Below, one piece after another: positions 52,714 through 64,000 of a stretch of 64,000 bases of DNA. This DNA comes from Octopus vulgaris (taxonomy: Eukaryota): positions 66,774,001 through 66,838,000 of the forward strand of contig OX597823.1 of assembly GCA_951406725.2 (NCBI GenBank), written 5' to 3'. The stretch's first letter is position 1. Each line of letters opens with the position of its first letter. The position numbers and the translations under genes were made by a program. Under the pieces are notes generated by a model, which was not told where the DNA came from, searched no databases, and saw only the letters and a program-made list of their open reading frames with translations.

Positions 52714-55700
52714 TAGAAAACAGGCGATAATAATGATTCATTTTAATTGGGGTTTTTTGTGGGGAGTGTTTTTATTTTTTTCTTGTTTTGTTTTTGCTGT
52801 TGATGAGGTTGATGATCATCCTCATCCTTATCATCATTACCACCATCGTCATCGTTATGTGGCTTAGCCCTAAGTCGGCTCTGTTTCGGTGGCTAACCAG
52901 TCATAATATAATGTCTCCTTTACCTGAAAATAACGGAGTATATTATCCAAATCGCCTTCAGTTCTTGAGATGTTAATATTTTATGTAAGAGGCGTATGTT
53001 TCTAGTTCTTGTTGGTCTGATGACTAGACGATCACGCCTTGATAGTGTTAAAGACACGGCAAATATATCTGCTCCTTTCTAACATTTCGTGACGTGCTCA
53101 GTCGTTGGCTGTAAGGGAGACTCTGAATCGCATATCACACTTAGTATCATAGAGACTACTGGAAACTGCGTACGTATGTATAAATACGAATGTACGTACA
53201 CACACACACACACACACACACAGATATATGTGTGGTGGGGTATAAGTGTGTGTGTGTGTGTGTGTACCATGGTGGACGCTAAGAGATACACACATTTTAG
53301 AAGAAACGAAAGAAGCAGCGCGTATGTCGAGTGATGATCGTAGCTGTTTAGTTAATATATGTATAAGTAAGGCCGAATTTTTGCCTGGCAATCCATCAGT
53401 TTCCAGATCGTTAGTGTAAAGAAAGAAACGTTAGTCCTCTGTTTCTGAACTGTATAATTAATCTCTCTCTTTATGTTTCTTTCAAACACACAAACACACA
53501 CATACACACACACTTTCTCCCTCTCTGTCTCACTCTCTAACACACCCTTTATTTCTTCTCTCTTGTATACAAAAGGATCTCTCTTTTGCGCTTAAATCAA
53601 TAAAAACCACAACACATTAGAAATATTAATATAACTATTACGTTGTGTTATTTTATAGAGCATAAACTAATCAAGATAATGCTAAAATCCCTCATTCTGA
53701 ACTGAAACATATTACATATGAAGATCAATCGCTAATTTGTAATTATACGAACGTATTCTAGATTCAAATGTCGTTTCATCTACACAAAACCAAAATAGGG
53801 TTCTTTTAGATTTAATGTTTTAATACGATTTTGTTGACAATCATACGCCTAACTTGTAATCTCTGATAGATGTTCTTACTTGGTTTGTCTTAATTATTTT
53901 ACGTACTTAAGCAATCGATAATGCTTGAATCACATACATTTAATATGATGTGAGTCATGCTTTATCGATTCCATCATTATTTTTTTTTGTAATAGACGAT
54001 ATTACAAGTAGATTTACAGAGAGGGGGGATTTACTATTGTGTGAGGCCGCTGATTTTTCACAGATACTAGAGACAAGAGTTAAGTATACTGGCAACAACA
54101 ATGAGCTGAATCAGCATTTTAAACTCTGTTCAAATAGAGCTAATATCATCGTAATACGGAGATCACTACTTTAGCTTTCTGTGGGATTTTAGAATCAAAG
54201 CAGAGAAACTAGAAATACGTTTGCAGATGCTGACTGTTTTGCTAATGTTTCTAATTTCAAGAAAGATTTCCTGCTGCCGATGTTTTGTATTAAGTCTGGA
54301 AAATGAAGCAACGTCTTGAAAATTTGAAGGTAGGTGTGCCGGAGAATTGACTGAGTTGTTACACCATCAGATGGAATACCTTACAACATTTATTCCGACT
54401 CTATCTGCCCTGCGTTCAAATTCTGTTGATGTCAAATTTGCCTTTTATCCGTTCGGCGTTGACAACACAAAGTATCAATAACAGGCTGTAAATTGGCTAC
54501 ATGATCATGTAAGAACACCAAACCAAAGGCTTTTCAGCATTTGTTCTGATTCTTTACGTTTTATTTCATAGCTCTCTTTAGCCGTAGACTGAATCTGTCG
54601 ACCGGTTTAACACCATCACTTGATACGTTGAGGAAATGTAGCGTTGAGTAACAATTTTGTTGTTTTCATTTGGGATAGGTTAGGGGTTTGAAGATGCTTT
54701 TTTTCCCTCCACCCACCAATCTGGGAAGCCCTATGAAATGTTTCGGGCGTAGTCTTCCTTCCGGGCTATAGGATACAAAATTGTTGCTTTAAAAGATATT
54801 TAAATTCAATTTTTTTAATGATGTCGATAGGGAGAATGTGCAAATTGAAGGTATTCAGTGTGTTGCACTTCTGTACAAAAAGAAGTTGGGGAAAATATTT
54901 TTCGCGTTAATTAAATGTCCTGAGGTCCCCGCCACACGGTACAAAGCAGATTTAAACAAATGTAGGAATGATTGAATTGGTAGAATGACAGAAAAAATTG
55001 ACTAATATTCTTTAGGACCGATGATGAGCGATGGAATAGTAAAATATTTTAAAGCGTCAGCAAAAACAATCTTTGTGGTGTTTCTGGAATCTCTTTTAGA
55101 TCTGAGTGCAAATCCAATCGAAACCAAATTTCCCTTTCATTCCTCTAAGGTCAATAAAATAAAATAATGTTCAAGTACTGATTGATGGTATCGATTAAAT
55201 CTTTCACCTCAGATTTACTAAACTGTTAACTAAATTCAAACAATTATTGAGTACTCGATATGTTCCCAGTATATATCAACTTTGTCTTTCCATAAGCTAC
55301 CAGTCGACTACCCTGTAGTCGATTGAAATGGATAACCTCTTTTGCACAAACATATTACCGTGTGTAAGTATTCCAAATTTGTTATAACGAACAACCATTT
55401 CAAAACACTTAACTATATCTAAAAAAGTATTTTTACCTCTATCGGTAAAATGGCAGACTCGATAGACCGTCGGCATAAATCATTAGTTCAAATCTCTCCA
55501 AGATCAGTTGTCGTATAATAAAGTCGTGTACTGGTGTTCGTGTCTTTTCCACGCGCCCGTTAAAACGATATGCAGTAAAACTCGAAATGCTGGCTCTAAC
55601 TGCTTAACTTCTAGAGAAAGAATGAGAGAACCTAATCGAATTTGAAAATTTGAAAGATAAATTCTTTTATAACAATATATATTTCACCTCCCTATCCTTC

Positions 55701-56795
55701 AGTATGCTTGGGAATTCATTAGGTAGAGAGCATAGACACCAAGTTGATAATTAATATCAAATAACAATCTGTCCGTACTTACATAAGATACATTTCCGTA
55801 ACAAAGTTGAATTGTTTTGTTAGCCGCAGTATCTTTGTGAAAACAATATCTATTCTTGTAAAAGCTGTATCTGCTACGAAAGTGAGAAAACTAAAATTAC
55901 AATAAATCACCCGGGAATGATTCAGATATTTGCAAGATATAGCTGCAAACATCTTTGAGGAACAGCGAAGGGGGAATATTGGTTAAAAAATTACACTTAT
56001 ATATTTGAGTCTGAATTGTCTATAAATAATTATCATAGCACTCACGTTGCCTGTTCTTGTGTTCATTTTTTCAAGTAATACAAAATTGTGGTATCAATTT
56101 TGAGTTCTCATTTTAATCTCATATCTCGGAATTATGTAATTATTTTTTTTATTGCATACACATTGTTGCGTGCATAAAATGCTGCGCAATTGTTTGATAT
56201 AGCCAACTTACAGTTAATCATTTAGAAAGGTGGTTACTTTTTACCACTATGTTTAACAACATTTGAGCGGCACATAATCAAAGCCATTGCAGCCTTGACC
56301 ACCTCGTGTTTCAAGAGGCATGAACATTTGAGACAGGCTCATTTTCCTCACTTATCGGACAGAAACTATTATTTGTAAATTCAATTCGATTGAAATTGGA
56401 TTTGACCAACAATTGCCTGGATTTCAGAGACGTGTTATATAATTAATTCTAGAACAGTTAAAATTCGTTATTTTGCTCAGAAGATAGAAATCAATAATTC
56501 CTACGCCTCACAATAAACTTATTCTAAACGGTTCGATAAAAATAGTCTATACCTATTTAGAGCAACGTAAACATGCCAAGAGATAATGTTCATGTATAGT
56601 CTTTTCATTCTATTTCTGAAATGCATTCTATGCTACCTTTCTATTTTAATTGATGGAGAGAAATTTTGTTAACGATCATTTAAGATTATATATGTATGGC
56701 TACATCCATTCTTACCTACTTATATACACACAAACATATACATATACACGAATATTTGTGTCTATATATATATACAGAGAGAGAAAAAAATTGCA

Positions 56796-56868
<73 letters not shown>

Positions 56869-56899
56869 GTATGTATGTATGTATATGTGTGTGTATATG

Positions 56900-56931
<32 letters not shown>

Positions 56932-58939
56932 TGTATATGTGTATATCACTGTATGTACGTATGTGTGTAATATCGTTCGCCTTAGAAGAAAGCTATCGTT
57001 TACAATGAAAATCCCTGCAATGCTTTACCAGTTATGCTACATTAAAATCTATGACGTATTCATTTATTTATTGTATTTGTGACCCTATTGTTTCAACGAT
57101 CTTACGTTACTTCGGTCTATGTGGATTTCATACATAGAGAATTGTACACGAGAGATATTTTCATGTATCTTGAATTTAGTTCTCTGAAAAGTAGCGTTTC
57201 ACTGCTATTCTGTGCACTCATGCAGCACAAAAACTACAAACTCTCTTCCATAAACAATTTCCTATAAATGCCACCGTTAACATTACTAAGCAGATTTCTA
57301 TTCAGACCTTTGTTCGAGAGTTATTTTCTTAGCAAATTAGATTCATTTCGTCACGCATTAACCATACGTGTTTATTAATGATTCGCAGGGAACATTTTGA
57401 ATCTTTTTCACCAATGATCTGGAAACGCATTTTATGTCCAAACAGTAATGTACGTTTGCCATTAGTATTCCTAAACTACTTCGTTACTGACTTTGTATTG
57501 TATCATATTTTCCTCTATAGTCCTGTTTATTCCCAATACTAGAAGCTTCCTCTGCACAATCATTATGTCTGATTGTAAATTAAATATATTCTACTGAACA
57601 TTTATAGCTGGAATCAAATATTACAAATACTTCTGTAACCCATTCACTTTGTATCGTATCACTTGTTTGAAGTGATGTTCTTTACGCTATGAACTCTGTA
57701 AAAGCTAAATAATTATCTTCACAATTTGATGTACCACGGTATATAAAGCTATTCCAAACAATTCCAAGCAAGCATTTTGCTTAATACATATTCTGAACAA
57801 CTTATCTAGTTATTCTCTTTATCATGTTAACATTATTATTATAATTTCTATATTGAGAAAGAACAGATATTCACATTCACATATGAAGCTTTAAAACGTT
57901 ATATTTTACACGTTATTAGAATCGTGCTGTGTCTATTTCCTGCTTATTCTATTATAGTCGCAGGAAGGCTTTCAATATTTCTCAACACATTATACATGCA
58001 TGACGCCAAAGAGAAAAAATAAGAAAGAAATTACTGATAAAATAGCTAAAATTATTGATGCCATCAGTGGTTTTCTGTTAAATATAATTTCTTCTTTGGC
58101 ATTACATTGGCTTTTATGAGAAGGTTCTGGATTTCCATATTCGCTATGTTTAGTAATTGAAGCCTACAACTGAACTGCATGAAGCGTTTCCTTTATCTGG
58201 AAATAAAATATGGTGATCTTTTCACAAATAGATTTTGTGCTAGTAGGTTATTTTATAAATATGGAATTCTGACCCTCGTTTGGCTTATTAGTATGTAGGT
58301 AATAACTATTTAAGTAATTAGCCTACAAGCATTTATAAGTAAACAATATATGTTGCTGCTCAGAAACATGTGGAATATTGGGCTAGATAACTTACTCGGA
58401 TACAGTTAATGATATTGTTATCATATCATCTGTTCAGTGTAGGGTTCCGCGGTTTGCTGAAAAGTTAATTGTCACACAGGAATGTTTGATTTCACTACTG
58501 AATGCTGTCAAATTATTCAATAGCACATTGCAAATCTAGACTGGTTTATTTTAATTTTTCGTGTTTTCGCCAAGATTTCATCAATATGCAAGTGTGCTGC
58601 CATAAATTGGGACAGGAATTAACATTGCGCCAGTGTACGGTCACAAATTAATAAATGTACTACTTGTTACATGACATGCTATTCATACATAATATGGTTT
58701 TGTCTTGGAGCGTAACATACAAACTATATGTTAGTTCAAACATAATTTGCCAATATTTTATTTAATTACCACTGATCTTTACTTGTTGTTCAACACGATA
58801 AAAGTAACTTAACATTTTAATGTGTAACCATATTAAGAAGTAATTTTTTTGCGTGAATATTATACTGAGTGCTATGACAAACAAACTTTACATCATCAGT
58901 GAGAATCTTACAAATATTAATAGTAAACTGATGCAAGAC

Positions 58940-59150
58940 ATCAAGCTGTCAGAATAGTAGGCATGTGGGTGCAAATACTTAGTGGCATTTCATTTGTCTC
59001 TACGTTCTGAGTTCAAATTCAGCCGAGGTCGACTTTGCCTTTCATCCCTTAGTGGTCGATAAAAAATAAGTAGTAGTTGAGTACTGGGGTCGATGTAAGT
59101 GACTTACCCACTTCCCCGAAGATTCTGACGTTGTTCCAAAATTTGAAATG
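58940..59150 (+). mobile_element. SINE family A copy
   Basis: Contains tacgttctgagttcaaattcagccgaggtcgactttgcctttcatccc and gtactggggtcgatgtaa. Confidence 0.8.
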
Positions 59151-61019
59151 AATATTGCATCGTAGCTTGTAAAACCTGACATTCAGTTTATCACACCAAC
59201 CAAGCATTATGTATACAATATATTTTAAATGCTGCTGAATCATAATACTAACGCTATAGTAGAGTAAAAAGCTGTTCGAAAGCTATAGTGTAGATGCAAA
59301 TAGTGGATCATTACGAAAAATGAATATTGAGGTCAGACAATATATAATACATTTGTATATTTTAAAACTATAAAAATGAATGAATGTACGAGAAAGTCGA
59401 TTTTCATTTTTACTGGATCAGTAAATCAGAAAAAACATTAGCGACTGTTTAAAAGGTAAGTAGTATAGATTGATAATTTTCACTTATTCGCTAGTGTTGT
59501 TGATGCTTAAGGCCTAGTTTTCGAAGAATTCCAGCATGAACACCTTCCATATATACGGTCATCTATAAATGAATTTTCTTGCTCACTATTTCTCTTACTA
59601 AGATACTGCGGAACTCATATTATAGGGGGTACCTGTTATTTTAATCGAGACGAATGGCCTCTAAAATAACTTTCTAGTGGTGCTAATAAAGATCCTCTGA
59701 ACCATAATTTAAACACGTGAATACAGATTTTTAAACATTCATTTCTTCCGTTTATGTAATCATTTACAATTGAAATTACCTATAAAAAAGATAATTGTTC
59801 CTCTTTTAAATATTTATAGATTTGAATAGGAAAATTTATATTTAATAAAGTCATAAAAAAGAGAAAATGATTTAGTATATTAACATTTCAAAATAAGTTT
59901 CCAATTTTGATATTCAGTATTAATTGCCTTTTGATTGCATCATAGTGGGATTTCTTGCGATAGCTTAACTACGACGCTTAACAAAAAAGAGAGGCGATTA
60001 GGAACTGGCCAAATACATTTGCTGAAATAGACACTTCGAGTTATGAGTACTGAACTTAGAAGTTAAGTAAACGGCTGCTCGCCTTGCTGAAAGCTTTTCG
60101 GATGGAACTGATTTCCACTCTGACCGACCGGCAGAAAGCTACTAAAACTGAATGTACGCGTCGTTGTTTTCAACGATTCTCAATAAAGAACATCATTGAC
60201 ATTCTTAGCGGCGCTCAATAGATATACCACGTGTAGAACGTGTTGTGCTCTAGAAAACCGTCCGTTTATTCTATAATTCGACTCACTCGCATCCACTAAA
60301 ATAGTAATGCCAATTCCCTGGTTTAAAGTTCGTTCTAAAAATAAAATCAAGGGAATCTTGAACATCAGTCTGAAGTACGGCTGCTTCAATATGCGAGATG
60401 ATACCTGAATAGTTACGAGAATGAGGTAAAACAAATATTAAACGCTATTATATCGTTAGCCTTTACATTCTTCTTGGAGAAACTGAAACTAAATTTATGA
60501 AATTTACTGCATCTGACCTTCCGAATATGATGCCCCTTTATACATCATATCTACCACATAATCAACGGTTAAACTTCATTATGAGAGATTATATATATAA
60601 CATGGAAACTTGGTGCCAAATAGGTTGTGTAAGCTGGCAGTAAGTATAAAATTTTCACCTCTTAACTACATGATTTTGCGTTCGACTCCAGTGTACTCTC
60701 GTTAGGTGAACTCTGTGAATTTCTAGGTGGAGTTAATATAGTACCTGATCTGACACATTATATTACTGTTGTATACTTTTACTGGTGTCCTATCCGCTGC
60801 AAGAATTCGAGCCACAGAATTATTAATCGCTTCACCTATCACGCGCACATACACAAAACACTACTGTTTGTGCCACTGGAATTTTGTCCTCCGCTACCCA
60901 AAACAAATATCATAAAGCGCAAACAGTCAGGCAGCGTGTCTAACACAGCAACTTCTACTCGCCGAATGCTGGGACATATTGAAAGCAGAAAGGTTTTTTA
61001 AGTCTCTTAACAAAGCAAT

Positions 61020-61509
61020 AGTCTTTCATATCGAGCCTCCACTACCTGAGTATCGGCGAGATATCTGTTTGTGTACCTAAAGTTATCACTACGCTTTCCT
61101 ACTGCCAACAGACTTAAAATACTTCGTGAATTAACACTTATACGAATCTTTCTGTCAAGAAATCATCCTCTGAAAAAGCTTTGGAATAAACCACATCTGC
61201 ATCGACATCACTATTGACGAGTTTCGTTTTTTTCACTTTCCCGAAGAGAAGATTGCATTGTTTATACCATTTATTCTTTTGAATAGTATCAGTGGAATTT
61301 TCGAAACATGTGTAGAAAGTAAAAATACTTGTTTAAACCTGCGTTAACTCCATTTTTTATTCATATTATTCAAAATATTCAACGTAAACACGAAGTTTCA
61401 ACCTTTATAAACAAGGAGTTACAACATCTTTACTTGTGAGATTTTTGCTGCCCTGGTAACTATTTATTTATTTTTCCGTGTTAATTGTTAATAAGGTAAA
61501 AATACACTC

Positions 61510-61559
<50 letters not shown>

Positions 61560-61670
61560 ATTAGTTACCTAATGGCTAAAATGTCATTGTTCACAGATAT
61601 GGCCGGACATCCAGGATTCACGTTAGATTAAATGACATCAATAACCTCATTAGTGTGAGGGAATCTGCAA
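61020..61670 (-). pseudogene. Very old CR1/L2-like LINE reverse transcriptase remnant
   Basis: Minus strand gives, in RT order, NEVIDVI..PGCPAI, LVYKG, FKQVFLLSTHVSKI (YRPISLTS-like), DVVYSKAF (DVIYLDFSKAF-like), DFLTER and YLADTQV (YADDTK-like). Interrupted by (TA)n at 61515-61557. Confidence 0.5.
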
Positions 61671-62869
61671 CAATACGCCAAATCGCTGCACCTATAGCTA
61701 TCGATGAAACATTGGATATTGTATGAGTATCATGAAGATGCTGATAGAGGAGCAATTGCGTGTTAAAAGGAGTACGAAATTGATTAGTGGTTGTCGGAGT
61801 AATCGGTATATGATTCAGTACAACGCATGTATTAATAGTCACAAAGTATGGTGACTATTACTAGGCCTAACACTAATGCAAAGCACCTAAAGCTAACAGC
61901 TTTTAATCCTTTACTTTTCATAGAGTAAACTAGCGAAAAATCGCCGATAAAACCAAGCTAAGGTTCTTTTCTACAGATTAAGAAAGAACAGATGTATTTT
62001 ATAACAGTTAACGCGTTTTAAAAGCGATATTACGAATACACCTAATTGTTGACAATCTTGAGATGCAAAACATCTCCCGAAAAATCTGATAAAAATTGAT
62101 GTGTTAAATACGTAAGCCTCCTGGATTGGATGGAAAATCAGATATAATTAGATTAGATCAGAATTTCAATTTTATACATTACTAGGTTACTTATTCGCTA
62201 AAAAAGGAAAAAAGAAAATGTTAATACCACTGAATTTCGCTTTCCGTTGCATATTCAGCAAAGGCCAATAACAGTAATTCGGTTTTGATACAAAGAAAAC
62301 ATAAGGTATTATAAATAATGACACGGAAGTACACATATTTATGAATAAAACAATAAAATAAGTGACACGCTGACGTATACACACACACATACACACGCAC
62401 ACGCACACATACCATATATACTGTAAGCTAAATAAAATAATAAAACAAGTGGCATACGTACATACACACAAACACACACCATATATATATGATTGTAAAT
62501 AACGAAAGAAATATAAGATGACAGGGTTTCGTATTGCAAAATAAATTTTATCATAGTATATTTGTCACGTTATTTATAATTTGATACACTCCTTATGCTT
62601 TTCGTTTATCGTACTATGTATTCTATATGCTTTCTAGAATGCTATATTAAGGAACATTTTCTATGAGTAACCCCAGATTAGATGAATCCATATATGATTT
62701 GTTTATAGTGATCAATGTATGTGCTGTACATTAGCTCACTCTATTCATCAAATCATACAGTTGCACAAGTGTGCTATACATCAGATGAGGAAATGATCGC
62801 AGAGCGACGTGAAATGAAGTGTTTTGCCTCACAACCACAATGCACCTTCACATTATATATATATATATA

Positions 62870-63751
62870 TCGAACCATCCACCAGTTATCCTTAGCAACT
62901 TAGTCAGCAATGTAGGTAGAAGAATATCTTCAATTTCTTCGGACGAGGCAGCATTCCATAATGCTGCACCTTATTACGATAGCGCATTAAAGAATAGTGG
63001 ATTCTCGGAGAAGATCCAGTTCAACCAGCTTAATGCTAATAATAATGCTGCACGAAGAACTAGGACCAGGAAAGTTTTGTGGTTCAACCCGGCTTTCAAT
63101 TTGGCCGTAAAGACTAATATAGGTAAGGAATTTTTGAGATTAGTCTCTAAGCATTTTAAGCAGGGTCATAAATTCTACAGAATATTTAATAGAAAAACCC
63201 TGAAGGTTAGCTATTCTTGTTGCAGAAATTTCGCCTCTTACATTAGCCAACATAATAGGAAGCTAATTGAGATTAGACATGGTGCCGAGCCCATTAAGAA
63301 ATGTAATTTCAAAACGAAAGCTCCTGTCCGTTAGAAGGAAATGTCTAGTGAAAGGAGTAGTTTATAGAGCCAAGGTGCAAGTGGAAGGCATCATCGGAAT
63401 ACAAGACATACACAGGGGCTTCAGAAAATTCATTTAAAACAAGATTTTATTCTCATAAGAATTCTTTTAAATACCCAGAGAATAGGAAGAAAACCAGCCT
63501 AGCAAAATATGTCTGGGAACTAAAAGAAAGAAGCCCCACCTTTCAACGTGACATGGAGCATTCTGGACAGGGCGGCACCATACAGGCATGGAGCTTACAA
63601 ATATAATTTCAAGTGCAGACTTTGCCTATTAGAAACAATGCACATCTTATTCAAAGACAATAATTCTTTGAATCAAAGAAGTGAGTTAATGAACTTATGT
63701 AGGCACGCGGCTAAATTTAAAATGTCGAATATAAATATACCATATGGATAG
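62870..63751 (+). pseudogene. 5'-truncated Penelope-like element (RT thumb, CxC linker, GIY-YIG; tentatively Hydra clade)
   Basis: SNHPP...ALKNSGF...WFNPAF..VKTNIGKEFLRLVSKHF...IFNRKTLKVSYSC...CNF..CPLEG/KCLVKGVVYRAKV/YTGASENSFKTRFYSH...SLAKYVWELK/WSIL...CRLCLLE...LNQRSEL..CRH, with about four frameshifts. It starts directly after (TA)n. Confidence 0.9.
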
Positions 63752-64000
63752 AGTATATATTTTATATTTTTGATTTTTGATTTTGATTTTGACTCTTGAG
63801 CGCTACGACGGATTTATAGCAAAGTCTTATGTTTCTACATATATATTAGGAAAAACCTACAAACTTTGTTTTCATGTTATTGTATTGCATAGGATTACCT
63901 GATTATTTATATTACCTTGATTATTTATAAATGACCCAAAATAGGATGTTATATTATATTTTATATGTCATTCGTATATATTTTTATTAATGCACCCATT

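Noticed and set aside
63785-63830. Expected hammerhead downstream of the last PLE ORF
   Set aside because: There is a small gcta/tagc stem, but no recognisable CUGANGA or GAAA core.

Overview
AT-rich, repeat-saturated eukaryotic non-coding DNA (intron or intergenic). The tRNA-derived SINE families and dense (TA)n/(CA)n/(TACA)n/(TAA)n microsatellites point to an octopus genome (inferred from repeat content). I can support no host protein-coding exon, and nearly all ORFs in the track are microsatellite artefacts. The real coding signal is decayed transposons: three clear Penelope-like element (PLE) RT-thumb/GIY-YIG fragments, R4/Dong-like, Tx1/L1-like and CR1-like LINE remnants, a DD37D-type Tc1/mariner fragment and a non-autonomous Helitron. 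The most notable hidden layer is RNA-level: eight type I hammerhead ribozyme (HHR)-like motifs from several unrelated repeat families. One has a compensatory G3-C8 core (GUGAACA, 4591-4640), two form a back-to-back inverted pair (19645-19899), and one is an intact HHR inside a 122-bp near-perfect inverted repeat (33214-33564). All folds and translations were done by eye, and repeat boundaries are approximate.
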